Position numbers and translations under genes: made by a program. From Octopus vulgaris (taxonomy: Eukaryota), in NCBI GenBank assembly GCA_951406725.2, contig OX597835.1, positions 47,926,001 to 47,990,000 on the forward strand: a stretch of 64,000 nucleotides of DNA. Reading direction: 5' to 3'. Shown piece by piece: positions 1 through 13,584 of this stretch. Position 1 is the stretch's first letter, and each line of letters starts with the position of its first letter. The notes below the pieces were generated by a model. The model did not search any database and was not told the origin of the DNA. It saw nothing but the letters and a program-made list of their open reading frames with translations.

Positions 1-123
1 TTCTCATGGCTTCATAGGCACCCGAAACGGTAAGCAGCATTCCAGCCGTGACAGTCCAGCCATGTTAATTGTATTGAAGACTGTGTTACGGGATACTTGT
101 ATTCGTAATAGTGGTGATCATAG

Positions 124-221
124 TTTCTTCTTCTTCTTCTTCTTCTTCTTCTTCTTCTTCTTCTTCTTCTTCTTCTTCTTCTTCTCCTCCTCCTTCTTCT
201 TCTTCTTCTTTTTCTTCTTTT

Positions 222-253
<32 letters not shown>

Positions 254-432
254 TTCTTCTTCTTCTTCTTCTTCTCCTCCTCCTTCTTCTTCTTCTTCTT
301 CTTCTTCACCTCGTTCTTGTTCTTTTGCACGATGTTGTTGTTGTTGTTGTTGTTGTTGTTCTTTCTCCGCCTCCTTCTCGTCTTTTTTATCTCCTTCTCC
401 CCACCCTCTTCCTCCTTCTTCTTCTTCTTCTT
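124..432. repeat. (TTC)n/(TTG)n microsatellite block
   Basis: Directly visible long TTC run with TCC/TTG interruptions. It explains the poly-F/S/K/E ORFs. Confidence 0.95.
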
Positions 433-1027
433 CCGCATCTTCCAGTATGAGGTAGGGCTGTGTGTGACTGTGAAGGTATCGGTCTTGGAGTTTTTATTGT
501 TGTAGTTGTTTGTGTTGTTGTTGTCGACGACGCTGTCGGAGTTGGTGCGGTCGGTGGTGGTGTTGGTGGCGGGGCGGGGCGGCACGGGACGGAACGGGGA
601 AAATATTGGACGATAAAGGAAATTGCCTTCTTGACAGAAATCGAAGTCGACTGGAAGAGATCAAGTCAACAAGAATCAAGCAATGGTCAGCCAAGCATGA
701 AGAATCGCCAGTAACGCTGAAAGTTGATATGATAGCGTTCTCTGGAGACTCTAGCATGGCCATTCCTGTTTGTTGTTGCAGCTTTTCTGACAAAACAACA
801 CAAAAACATCGGTGGACACCTTGACAAGACAGACTGGACATATTGGGGGAAAATACGCACACATACATACGCATGCGCACGCACACACGTACATACACAC
901 ACACAGACACACTGCACACTTATACGGACATTCACATAATCATTTATACACACACACACACACACGTACTTGTGAATATAGTTAAATAAATGTATATATA
1001 TATATATATATATATACATATACACAC

Positions 1028-1062
<35 letters not shown>

Positions 1063-1341
1063 TACATACAGATATATATATATATATATATATGCATACA
1101 TATATATATATATGTATACATATAGAAGTGTATGTGTTTGTGGGTGTATATAAGCAAGTATGCATGAAAGTATTGTATATCTATGGATGTATATATGTAT
1201 GCGTGTATGTGTGTGCAAGTGTGTGTGTATGTGTGTATGTGTGTGTGTGTGTGCGCGTGTGCATATGCACTAAATCACAATTATTCAGAAAACAAATACA
1301 CCCATGCACACATATACAAATACTAGCACTTTCATACTCCA

Positions 1342-1403
<62 letters not shown>

Positions 1404-1861
1404 GTGTGTGTGTTGCACAGACTCACTCACACGAACAGTCACACACACACACATTCTGTCTCCAACTCTGAAACATTTATGCACACAGATTCGCTCACAA
1501 ATATTTTCACGCGCTTACATTTACACATACACATTCACAGCCGTCACACACACATTCTCTCTCTCTCTCTCTCTCTCGTTTTTCTTTTTGTTTCTCTCTT
1601 TCTCTCCCCCCCCTCTCTCTCTTCTTATATCTTTCTCGCTAGCGGTGCAGTTTCGATGTAATGGAGATCGAGAAACTGTGAACTGGGAAGGAGAGAGAAT
1701 ATAAGGAAAGAAAGAAAGAAAGAAAAAAAGAAAATCAGGAAGAAAGAACGGAGAGGAAGAGGAAGAAAGGAAAATTAAGCGAAGACGGAATAAGGAAGAG
1801 AGAATTCGGAGAAGGTAAAGAAAGTATGAGAGAGATTTTCAGAAGGCTGCAGTGAATAACG

Positions 1862-1904
<43 letters not shown>

Positions 1905-1907
<3 letters not shown>

Positions 1908-2102
1908 CCGCTCAGTCGAAGTCGACTCTCGGTCACTCGTTGGATCAGTGTCCTCCAGTCAGTTTTATCCTGGGCCGCTTCTTTCAGATTGGCTATGTCC
2001 ATTCCGGTATCACTCTTGATGGTGTCAAGCCAGCGGGTTCTTGGTCGGCCTTTTCCTCTCTTGCCACTGACCATTCCGAGCATGATGTCTTCTCCAGGGA
2101 TA
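1905..2102 (-). mobile_element. RTE-clade LINE 3' fragment (C-terminus of ORF)
   Basis: The minus ORF reads MLGMVSGKRGKGRPRTRWLDTIKSD...AAQDKTDWR, the typical GxRxxGRPxxRWxD / AxDRxxWR C-terminus of RTE elements. It is flanked by TA repeats. Confidence 0.8.
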
Positions 2103-2601
2103 TTATATATATATATATGTATGTATATATATGAAGAGAGAGAGAGAGAGAGAGGAAGGAAGAAAGATGAATATATATACCGTGAACACTGGTGCTGGTT
2201 TCTTTACGCGCCAAAAATTAGCGGTATGTCAAATGTGATCGATAGAATAGTACCAGACTTTAAAAATAATGCTGGGGTCCATTTGTTTCGACTGAAATCC
2301 TTGACGGCCGTGCCTCAAAATGGATGCAGTCCAATGATTGAAAAGAGGAAAGCGAAAAGACTATCAGATCTTGTCACACATCGCTGGTGTCAATGCGCTT
2401 TGCATCGTTTTAGCCTTCGAAAGACACCACCCCGATGGCTAGGCAACCCCCTCCCCTGACCGACAGGAGGACGGGAGAAACGTGAAATGAAGTATTTTGC
2501 TCAAGAACACAACGCGTCGCTTGTTCTAGGAAATGAACCCACGATCTATCAATCAATCAAGCTAGCTAGCTGTCTGTATATATATATCTTTATATATACA
2601 T

Positions 2602-2709
<108 letters not shown>

Positions 2710-2736
2710 GTATATGTGTGATGATTGTTTCATCTT

Positions 2737-2967
2737 GTTTCTGTATTACCCACAAGGAGGGAAACATAGAGGGGGCAAACAAGGACAGACAAAGAGATTA
2801 AGTCGATTATATCGATCCCAGTGAGTAACTGGTACTTATTTAATTGACCCCGAAAGGATGAAAGGCAAAGTCGACCGCAATGGAATTTGAACTCAGAACG
2901 TAGCGGCAGACGAAATACTGCTAAGCATTTCGTCCGGCGTGCTAACGTTTCTGCCAGCTCGCCGCCT
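2737..2967 (-). mobile_element. tRNA-derived SINE, family A (central domain resembles the Meta/MESC domain)
   Basis: The minus strand reads GGCGGCGAGCTGGCAGAAACGTTAGC...GAGTTCAAATTCC (A/B boxes)...GCCTTTCATCCTTTCGGGGTC. There are many copies in the window. Confidence 0.85.
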
Positions 2968-2968
2968 T

Positions 2969-3300
2969 GCTTCATCTTGACAGATGACAGCCGTCCCAAT
3001 CACACAGCACAATCACTCCGTTGATGACCCCTCGGATGACTTTTAAGACCAGCTGCTGACTGACAGTGTTTAAAACATAAGTGACACACTATTCAAGTTT
3101 CTTTTACACCTTTGCTCTTTGAAATCTGATTCTGAAGGAATGTTTTTGTGAACTCGCATATGTCTTTTAAGTCCAGATATTGTCTTACAAGTTTTTTTAT
3201 ATATGGCACAAGTCGTAAGAGGCGGTTGGTGTCCAAGTTCATTACATATCTGGGCATTACGATTACATAGTAAGGCACAAAAAAATGACTCTCCCCAGAC

Positions 3301-3305
<5 letters not shown>
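2969..3305 (-). mobile_element. RTE-type LINE 3' end with decayed tandem C2H2 zinc fingers
   Basis: Translates CAIYKKTCKTISGLKRHMRVH and, further 3', AAGLKSH. It is homologous to the fragment at 32092-32307. Confidence 0.6.
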
Positions 3306-3346
<41 letters not shown>

Positions 3347-4004
3347 GCATACATTTGAATATAGTTTGGCTAAAATCTTGAATAGTGTTCCCACTGTATG
3401 CTGATATTCAGTATAATATATAGATATAGATTTGAGTGTGTGTGTGTGTGTGTGTGTGTGTATGTCTGTGTGTCACGCGCGCACGAGCGTGTGAGTGCGG
3501 TGTTTCGAATGAGAAAACTGTCATGTAATATCAATCACAGAATTCAGTACTACGTGCATCCAAAGATAAATTGTCTGCTATTTCTAACAAGATGAGCGTC
3601 TACATAAGGACTCCATGGTAGTTATGCATGTAGAGATAAACATTTAATGAAGGATATGTATGCGGTGAGGAAAAGACAATACTGAATCAATAGCTCGTAT
3701 TATTTTATTTAGACCTGAAAGTAAGTACGAGACAACTTTGGGTATGTTTCGATCTTATTACACCTCCTCATCGAAACACAGACACCAAATTCATCACACG
3801 GGCCAGAGTTGTGATGAGACAGTCACTAAGTAAATGGATAATAGAAATTTGCAGGTGTGGAAAATTAGCATATTGAGAATATGAATTAATTAATGATTCT
3901 AATTACTCGGAGATGCCACACAGATATAAATCGATAGTTAGCGTCAACATATTTAATGCAATGAATGTTTAGCGGAGACAAGACTGCGCAGGCGCAGGCA
4001 TGGT

Positions 4005-4420
4005 TGTGGAGACGCAGGCGTGGTGTTTTGTTGGGAAGCTCGATTTGCTATCACGTCGTTTGGGGTTCAGTCCCACCATGCAGCTTTTGGACAAATATTT
4101 TCTATTGTAACTCCGAGCCAGCCAATGCCATACAAGTCAATTTGACAAACGGAAACTGTGTGGAAGCCCGTTGTAGATATATAAATGTATATGAATATAT
4201 ATAAATATGTGTCTTTGTGTTTCTCTTAACCACTTGACAACCGGGGTTGGCTTGTTTACGTTCCCGTAGTTTAGCGTTTCGTCCTTAGGGAGCGTCAAAC
4301 TAAGTAACCCACAAGATTTCAAAATGAAAATAAGTACTGGGGACGATGTTTTCGACTAAAACCTTTAAGGTGGTGCCCCAGCATGGCCGCGGTCCAGTGA
4401 CAAGTAAAAGATAAAAGGTT
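4005..4420 (+). mobile_element. tRNA-derived SINE, family B (diverged)
   Basis: GGTTCAGTCCCAC B-box region, GGAAACTG core, internal microsatellite and GTGCCCCAGCATGGCCGC tail, as in the copy at 19250. Confidence 0.75.
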
Positions 4421-4663
4421 AAAAAACGGACAAACAATTATGCGTTGAGGAAATGAAAACTGTAACTTCATGACAATTATTATTTTAATCATTTGCACAA
4501 ATACCAGGGTGGACTTAACCTGTCATCATTTCAGGGCCCATAAAATAACGTACAAGTTCATGGTAGATTGGCGGAAGTGTAAGAACGTTGAAGCGGTAGC
4601 CTTGTGACGTTTTTTTCTGGTGCTAGGCATTCTGAGTTCAGTTCCTCCCACGGCCCTCAACCT

Positions 4664-5134
4664 CAGTGGTTCTCATCCATTTCTTTCTTACACACGGATC
4701 CTTTTCATTTATATTTTACTCAGATGGATCCTCATAGCCATTCAATATTCAAAAGATATTTTTATAATTAAATAGTGCTTTCAAATTTTGGCACCAGGAC
4801 AGCAAGTTCGGGATATCAACCCCCGTAGTGAGCTGGTACATATTTTGAGTCCGAAATTATGAAAGACAAGGTTGACATCGGCGGAATTTAAACGCAAAAT
4901 ATAAAGACAGACGAAACGCTTCTGAGCACTTAGTCCAACGATTCTGCCATTTCGCCTGCTTTTTATTATAATAAAATTGTATTAGGGCTTCTATGAAACA
5001 AAAAAAAAAAGAAAAAGAAAATTGTTAGAATAGCTTGCCTATTGTAATCGATTTATTGCTCATAATTTTCAACAACTAAATCTTATACGGCCCCACCCGC
5101 GAGCGCCGTATGGACCCCTGGTTGTAAACCGCTG
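4664..5134. mobile_element. hAT-like MITE with a nested family A SINE (about 4780-4960, minus)
   Basis: Imperfect TIRs CAGTGGTTCTCATCC ... GGTTGTAAACCGCTG, the same terminal type as 44980-46028. Confidence 0.55.
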
Positions 5135-5314
5135 GCCTAGGTGAAGGATAAACTAAATCTCTCGTGCGGTTTAGCACCACCACATGGCAGCTTGGGTCCC
5201 TTGCGTCGAGTCCAAGCCATTGGACTTAAATCTCTTCCCGAGGTCATGTGAAGGGTCTTGGGCTCTGTCTTGCCTGCTGACGAAAAGGAATACACGCACC
5301 TACACACACACACA

Positions 5315-5680
5315 TATGCGGCTGTGTAGTGAGAAATTTGCTTCCCAACCACGTCATTCCGGGTTCAGTTTTACTGCGTAACACCTCGGGAAAGTGTCTT
5401 CTTTTATAGCCCCGGGCCGACCAATACCTTGTCAGTGGATTTGGTAAACGGAAACTGAAAGCCCGTCTTTATATTTATATACATGTGGGTGTGCGTATTT
5501 CTCATCCATCATCACTTGACAACCTGTGATGGCATACTTGCCTCACCATAACTTAGCGGTTCAGCAAATAGATTCCCACAGGGTAAGGACTATGTATAGA
5601 AAGAAAAGAGTAATGTACTGGGGTCAATTTGTTTGACTAAACCCTTCAATGCAGTGCCCCAGCATGGCCGCATTCCATGT
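5315..5680 (+). mobile_element. SINE family B
   Basis: GCGGCTGTGTAGT...GGGTTCAG...GGAAACTGAAA...GTGCCCCAGCATGGCCGC. Confidence 0.8.
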
Positions 5681-6117
5681 GTTAGATATACGTAGTCTGA
5701 GGTCAGTATTGACTGGAGCGACTGATGTACTTCCAACCATGACCAGCTTGTTTATATAAGCGTCTAGGTCTATATCATCAATCACGTCGTTCGTTCCTCT
5801 ATTGCGATAAGAGTGCGTAGTATGAGGGGAGTTTGGTTGCGATCTCTAGCAAGTCGAATGACCAGACAGACGCTGCTTCGTTGGTGAGAATTGTTGGTCG
5901 TGTTTGTTAAATGAGAAAGCGAAAGTAGAGATTAGTGAGGGATATAGTAAAGGATTAATAAAGATGAGGCGGGGGAGGGGAGGGAGGAGGGGAGATAAGA
6001 TGTGGGGTGGGGGAGATGAAAAGAGAGAGATAAGAAGAATGAAAATTTTGAGATTAGAAAGATTTAGCAAAGAGCCAACCGGACAAAATGGTGGATGGTG
6101 GGATGGAATTTTAAGAG

Positions 6118-6171
<54 letters not shown>

Positions 6172-7365
6172 AGAGAGAGAGTAAGTAGAGAGAGAGAGAA
6201 AGTGAGTGTGGAGAAATAGAGGAGAACAAAGAAATACTGGAGACGGGGTGAACTATTGATGGTGGGTGGGAGATGAAAGGGGGGATGCGGGAGGGGAATA
6301 AATGATAAGGAAAGAGAAAAAAGAAGAAGCGAGAACAAAACAGGAGAAAGACAGAAAAGATAGTGAAGACAGAAAAGAGCGATGTATAGACACACACACA
6401 CATATATACATACATACTTACATACATACATACATACACACATACATACATACATACATGCATACATACTTATATACATACATACGTGTGTGTGTATGTG
6501 TGTGAGTGTATACAGAGAAGGGAAGAAAGAGAAAGAAAGAAACAGGGAGATGGAGATAACGATGAAGTGAAGAGAAAGAAAAATAGCGAGGAAAGAAGAA
6601 GGAGGAGGAAGAGGAGGAGGAGGGGGAGGAAAATGTGAAGAAATTGGAGGAGAGAGCAAAAGAAAAGAAGATAAAGACAAATGCGGGAAACAAAGGAAAA
6701 ATGGAGAAGAAAAAAAAGAAAATGCATGGTGATGGAAGGAGTGAGAGGGAGAAAGGGAGAGGGAGGGAGGGTAGAAAGAGGAGGAGAGAGGAGGGAGAGG
6801 GGAGGGGGAGAGGTACAATTAAATACCAATGATGTCCGAAAGCAAAGAAAAGATGGCGGTTGCGATGTTTAGGTTTTGTAAACAACGGACAGATTGACAG
6901 ATTTGAAAGGATAACAGGGGAGGGGGGGGGGCAGGACGGCTGGCTAAGAGGAACAGAGGGAGGTGAAGGAGGCAGAGGCAGAGGAGGAGATAGAAGAAGA
7001 AGGAGGAGGAGGAGAGGCGAGGTGTGTTGAATGGGAGAAGGTATAAAAACTCTTCACTAATCGATAGTGTTAGGATCTTTATCTATCTGATTGGATTCTG
7101 AGATTCAACACACCGTTACAAATGGACAACGTATTAGAACAATATAAACACTCACAGGAATACACACACACACACACACACGCACGCACACATATACATA
7201 CGTTAATATGCACATGCATATATACGCATACTTGCCGTCATACATACACTCATTCACGCATACATCTTGTGTCACATACACAGACACACACAATAATTCA
7301 TGTGTATGGAAACATTGATGGACGCACATGTGGTGAACGTTCATTGCTGTTACAAGATGTGTACG

Positions 7366-7399
<34 letters not shown>

Positions 7400-7476
7400 T
7401 ATGCACATATGTACATAGATTTATGTTCATAAATATATGCGCATGCAATATACGTGTCTAAACACACATGTATATA

Positions 7477-7513
<37 letters not shown>

Positions 7514-7944
7514 AGAGACATATACACACACACACACACATACATATGTGCTCTATACTTATGTATATGTGTGTAAATATTTATATATGTACATATAAAA
7601 TTACATACATCTGCAGACACGCAGAATTACGCACGCACACATCCACACATATATCCTCGACAGCAACAACAACAACAGCAACAACAACAAAAACAGCAAC
7701 AATAAAAACCCGTTCAGCTCCTCAGAGAGGGACAGAATTCATGTCTGTGTATTTCTTTAAGGGTTTCTGCTACTGGTAAACGAATGTGGTAGTGGTGGTG
7801 GTAGTGGCGGTGGCAGGTGTTGGTAGTGGTGCTGAGTGTCATGCTCAAGTCAGTGTCCTCTCCCGAATTCTTGCAACAGAATGAATTCTGCAGATGCTAC
7901 CTCAACGTTCGTGAATGTATGAGGCATAGTGGTTAGGGATTTTG

Positions 7945-8750
7945 GATTCACAGAAGGACATTTCCATCAAGTTTCCTATTCGTATACTAGTGCGTTCATT
8001 TAGATGGGTATCTGTCACTAGTTTCTCTTGAATCATCGATTGTGCTTCACCAGTTGGGACTTTGGTGAACAGACTTATCACATCTAGACTCACCATCTGG
8101 TTGGATTCAATGGGGGTATCCTTGATCAATTCTGTGAAGTGGGTGGAATTCTTCACGTACGATGTTGACTTTCCTGCTAATGGACTGATTATATCCACAA
8201 GGAAGCGGCTCAGTGGATGACATGCTGAACCTCTACAGCTCACTATAGGTCTTAATGGAATACCATCCTTGTGAATCTTAGGGAGACCGTTCATGTGTGG
8301 TAGTTTACTGTGGTGTTGAGTCAGTTGTCTGTACTTCATTGGTGTAAAGTGATCCTTGTTCTTGATCAAGATCTGTGACAACTTCCTCTCTATTTTCAGA
8401 GTTGTTTCTTTATTTTGCTGTAGCTACCATCATTTATTAAGACTTGCCAGTTTTTCTGAGAAGTCAGACTTGGTCATCACTGCTGTAGCATTTCCATTGT
8501 CTGCTGGAAGTATTATGAGGGAATTGTCACTCTGTAGTCTTTTGATACCGAACTTTTCTTCCTTAGTGATGTTTAGTTCGGGAAGCTTCGCCTTTTCTAG
8601 TACCTGTCCCACTTTCCACCTTAGTTCATCTCTCTGAGCTTTTGGCATCTTTAGGGCTATCTCTTAAATAGGGGCTATTATGCCCAAGTATGGAATGTGC
8701 TTGATGGTTGTCACAAAGTTGAAACCTTTGTTTAGTACTGCTTCTTCAGA
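7945..8750 (-). mobile_element. Penelope-like element (Penelope/Poseidon type) reverse transcriptase, N-terminal fragment, decayed
   Basis: Motifs AVLNKGFNF, IILPADNGNATAVM, GLPKIHKDGIPLRPIVS and VSLDVISLFTKVP are characteristic of PLE RT. It has stops/frameshifts and is truncated before the catalytic YxDD. Confidence 0.9.
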
Positions 8751-9687
8751 GCTTTCTACGTGTCGGCTACTTACATTAATTACTGCTTTCACAGAACTGC
8801 GTGTGTGTGTGTGGTAAGTGTGCGTGCATATTTTTATTGTTTCAGTTGCTGTTTAGTTCCAGTGATGGCACGAGGCCGAGCGTTTAGGTATAGCCTACGT
8901 CAGAATGAGACGACTGGGCGCCGCTGTGTGTTTACTGGTAAATTGGCGCAGCTGACTGGACATTCAACCTGTTTTAGATACAGTACATTTTGGTACAGGA
9001 GACAAACACAGACACACGCGTACAAACAACACACACACGTAAGGGAAATATATACACAGAGAGAAAGGGATGGAGGGAGGTAGAAAAGGGCAGAGATATT
9101 ACAACGGAATGCAACTGACAGAAACGCTTTCCCTCTTCTCAAACACATGAACTGAAATATGCTTACACTCGTAAACTGAGAAATGAAGGCTAGAGAGAAT
9201 AAGAGAAACATTAAATTGTCTGAGGTCAAATAAGTCAGCGTCGAATCTGCGACGCCAATTAGGCAGCGCCAAAACGTCTCATACGCATTATCTATTTTCA
9301 CTTCTTTTCCTTTTCCTTTTCCATTTTCAGATAGCTTCTCTTGAAAGTTGGAGCATACTGCTAATCTAAGTAGGTGAAGTCTCGCAGTCAATAAATGAAT
9401 GTAGATCCTACAAGTGCAATATTTTATCAGGGGTTCAACCATATTATTACAACAGTTACAGGAGATGGAAAGATGTTCATCATTTATTCTATAAAATTTG
9501 CCCTGTTTATAATTATACCAAATGTTACATGCTTGTTATATCATACCTTGATACCGAGTGGACTAAGATCCCTGTTGTAAGCACTTTTGGTATGCAAATT
9601 AGGGACTCCTTCATAGAGTAACTGCTGCATTTGTTGAGTATATAAACGGTTTAGTTGCCTGTTTCTCTGGAGGGTGTCAGAATGATG

Positions 9688-9741
9688 TGGACACCTCTGA
9701 TGAGAACCCAAAAGGGTTCGAAAATCGATTAAGGTTGTTCA
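9688..9741 (+). ncRNA. Minimal type I hammerhead ribozyme (intact core)
   Basis: tggacacct-CTGATGA-GAACCC aaaa GGGTTC-GAAA-atcgat-TA-aggttgttca. It has a perfect 6-bp stem II and a palindromic stem III (AATCGATT). Predicted cleavage is after 9731. Confidence 0.85.
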
Positions 9742-10597
9742 TAATTTTTTTTCAGTCTGCGGAGAAATGGCTAAGATTTGCCCTGTTTCTAATTATACCA
9801 AATGTTATATATTTCTAGGAAGTCCCGGTGCTACAAGCAGAATCCGTTGATCAAAGTATTTGCTATAATGTCGGTGGCGGTTTGCGTAGCGATGGAGAAT
9901 CTATGCGCATATATACGGGCATATGTGAAGTGTGCATGCGCATATATGTATGTTATGCATGTATGAGAGTATGTGTTTATATGTGTGTGTCTGTCGGTTT
10001 GTATAACGGTATACCTCCCTGTCTGTATGTGTACATATATATATATATATATGTCTGCTTGTATGTATGTATATATATATATTGTATGTATATATATATA
10101 TGTGCGAGTATGGATGTGTGAGTATTTAGACACATATACACACGTATGTGTGTGTGTTTGTACGCGTTTATTTGTTTCTATCTCCGTCAACCATTCATCA
10201 TGTCACTCGACCAACCGTCCACTCTTGCCCCTCACCTCACAGCCCCTTCTAATGCCCTCTTTAACAAACCCATTAAAACTCAACCCGCCACAAACCCACA
10301 AACAATAACAATACAATGTCAGTATTCTCGAAGCAGTATAACGTTTTGTTTGACATAAGCGTTCACTGTTTAAAGCCGCCAGAGGTCGCTGGAACTGAGA
10401 ATTGATTTACTTCAACTAAATAATGACATTTTATAGTCGTTTTTAGAATTCTTCTCTCCTGATAAACACTTTTTTTTTCGCTTGTACAAAAAAACAAAAC
10501 AACAAAACCTTGCCATTTTTCACACATTTCTAACCGTACATACAAACACACATAGATACACATATGCATACATACATACATGCATACATGCATACAA

Positions 10598-10628
<31 letters not shown>

Positions 10629-10869
10629 CACACACATGTATACAAACACATACATATATATATATAAAATACTACATAATACAAATATACACACATACAT
10701 ACAAGCACACATACACATATAGATAAAAACACGCATACAAATGTACTTATTTACTTACGTGTAATGCATACATACATACATACATACATACATACATACA
10801 TACATACATTCATGCCTCAGCGAAAGAGTTCAGATTATCAAAAACAAAAGAGAATATGCATAAATACAG

Positions 10870-11066
10870 CCACATAGTCCAGGGTTCAGTCCCACTGCGT
10901 AGCACCTTGGCCAAGTCACTTCTTTTATAGCCTCAAGCTGACCAAAGCCTTATAAGTGGATTTAGTAGATGGAAACTTAGAGAAGCCCGTCATATATATA
11001 TGTATATGTATATATGTATATATATATATACACACATATATATATATATGCATAAACATATATATG

Positions 11067-11100
<34 letters not shown>

Positions 11101-11151
11101 TACATATAGTTATATATTCTCTTTAGTTTCAGCTCAGAGCTGCGGCCATGC

Positions 11152-11216
<65 letters not shown>

Positions 11217-11420
11217 TATTTATATATTTATATATACATGCATACATACATATATATAAGGCTTCTTTCAGTTTCCGTGTACGAAACCCACTAGCAAGGC
11301 TTTGGGCGATCCGTGGCTACAATGGAAGGCACTTGTCCAAGGTGCTTCGCAGTGGGACTGATCGCGGAACCGTGTGGTTGGTAAGCAAGCTACTTACCAC
11401 ACCGCCATTCCTGTACCTAT
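10870..11420. mobile_element. Two SINE family B fragments in opposite orientation around a TA tract, with a short LINE-tail fragment (11122-11153, minus)
   Basis: GGGTTCAGTCCCACTGCGT at about 10882 (+) and its complement at about 11350 (-). CAGCATGGCCGCAGCTCTGAGCTGAAAC is present on the minus strand. Confidence 0.7.
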
Positions 11421-11770
11421 AAAACAAGAAATAAGCGAAACACCGGCGCGCGACCGAGTTGAAGGCAGATTAACTTCTGCCTTTTATAGCACGTAAAGAG
11501 AACGGTGTTGTAGAAGTGTACGCGGTGCGTGTACTACAGAAGTACAATGCGTAGCTTAAATACTGTGACTGAAAAGCAGGGGCGATTTATGCCTACCTAA
11601 TTCTACAAAAGACTAAAATATTTTTGCCTTTTATTCATAGTAATCAAAGTAACCTTCACAATTTTATTGAATTAGGTGCATATTTTGCCATAAAAGGAAA
11701 CTGTTGCTATCGATCTATTTTATTCAAGGTAGGCATTGCCCATCTTACCTACCCATGTGGCACGTCCCTG

Positions 11771-11859
<89 letters not shown>

Positions 11860-12002
11860 TCTGTGTGTGTGTGTGTGTGTGTTTGTGTGTGTGTGTATAA
11901 ATCTCATTATTTAAGCTACACATAGTATTGCTGTTGTACACATGCTGCTCACACTCCTACAGCAACGATTTCTTTACGTGCTCCAAAGGCAGAAGTAAAT
12001 CT

Positions 12003-13198
12003 GCCTTGAACTTTGATAAATTCGATCATGGAATGATATGTCACAAACTGCGTGGTCTTGTCATAGTTGTAAAATTGGGAGAATTGCTTCATGACTTTCT
12101 GAAGGATAGAAGTCAGGTGGTAGTAGCCAATGGGGCCACCTCCAATGACACACAAATAGTGAGTGGTGTACCGCAAGGCACTGTTTTGGGACCACTACTG
12201 TTCATATAGGCCCTCACAGACATTCCCTCAGCCACACAGAGAGCCACGATCACAAGCTATGCTGATAATACAAAAGTCTCACAGGTAATACGGAACACTG
12301 AAGACGCTAAGCACCTGCAATGTGAGCTGGATGAAATATACAAGTGGGCTGAAAAGAATAGCATGCGGTTTCAAGCCTTGTGCTATCAGCATGCAAAACT
12401 AAATGCAATACCCATTAAATACACTGGACCGAGAGGGATTGCAATCCCAGAGGCACGGACAGCACGTGACCTGGGCATTTACATGAGTAATGATGCATCC
12501 TTCCATGTGCATGTTGCTAAATTGTCAATGAAATGCAGGCAGCTGACCGGATGGATTCTTAGAACTTTTAGAACAAGAAATCAGAAAACCATGATGGTCC
12601 TCTGGAGGACACTTGTCCTAAGCCACTTTGACATTTGCCCTCAGCTATGGTCGCCCACAAATGTCAAATTAATCTCAGAACTTGAGGCAATCCAACGAAG
12701 CTACACGAGGAGGATAGCCTCCATGCAGCATAGAAGCTACAGAGAAAGACTCAAGAGATTATGACTCTAATCCTTAGAGCGTAGGCGAAAAAGATATGCC
12801 ATAATATACATCTGGAAGATCCTGGAGGGACTTGTCCCAAACTTTGACACCGAGAGTTACACAAATGCCAGAACTGGGCGCCACTGCATAGTGCCAAGGA
12901 CTCCAAATTTGCCATCAAGATGTAGGAAAAGATACTGTGATAGCCTGGGCTTCAGAGGTCCACAGCTCTTCAGTATCATCCCGAAGGACTTGAGAGACCT
13001 GCATGGGGTGGATGTAAGTGTCTTCAAAATGAAACTGGACCTCATACTATCAAGTGTCCCAGATGAGGGCTGCGGCATCAAACTCTCTCATGCACCAAAT
13101 GTCAATTCCTAAAAAGCATTCGTGAAGTTAAATTATGTAGCAACACCAAATGGCAGTGCCCCAGTATGGCCACAGCTCGTGAGCTGAAACTAGATATG

Positions 13199-13200
<2 letters not shown>
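12003..13200 (+). mobile_element. CR1-clade LINE, 5'-truncated (RT C-terminal half and 3' UTR), decayed
   Basis: Motifs FDKFDHG, FLKDRSQVV, SGVPQGTVLGPLLF, SYADNTK (YADD-like), RDLGI and LEAIQRSYTRRI, with in-frame stops. The 3' end has a stem-loop CAGCTC-GT-GAGCTG followed by TA repeats. Confidence 0.9.
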
Positions 13201-13237
<37 letters not shown>

Positions 13238-13426
13238 CATATATATATATTAACATATATATATATGTACATATATATATTAACATATATATATATATGT
13301 ACACATGTGTTTGTGTGTGTGTGTGTGTGTGTATGTAACAGCTTGTTGTATTCTTATATAACGTATGTGTGTAGGTCTGTTAGTTTTATTGAAGATTTTG
13401 GATTTGTAACGTTCTTAAATCCAAAA

Positions 13427-13470
13427 TTTCATTATTATTTCGAGACTTTCACATCTCCATCATCAGGAAA
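13427..13470 (-). ncRNA. Degenerate hammerhead motif
   Basis: Minus: tttc-CTGATGA-tg-GAGAT gtgaaa GTCTC-GAAA-taataat-gaaa. Stems I and II are present, but stem III and the cleavage triplet are decayed. Confidence 0.5.
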
Positions 13471-13584
13471 ACCTGAGAGGCAATAATGGTGATGCGAAAA
13501 TATCATGGGAGCGCTACTGGAAATAAAATAAACGTGTGTGTACCATAAATAATGCATACTTACTGTGAACAGACTTGGTCCTGT

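Noticed and set aside
494-790. Possible minus-strand exon after a good acceptor (TTTTTGTGTTGTTTTGTCAG at about 787)
   Set aside because: Two frames are open briefly, but neither gives a recognisable domain and no partner exon was found.
11430-11608. Possible solo LTR (TGTAGAA start on minus, TATAAAAG box)
   Set aside because: No clear second terminus, TSD or PBS could be defined.
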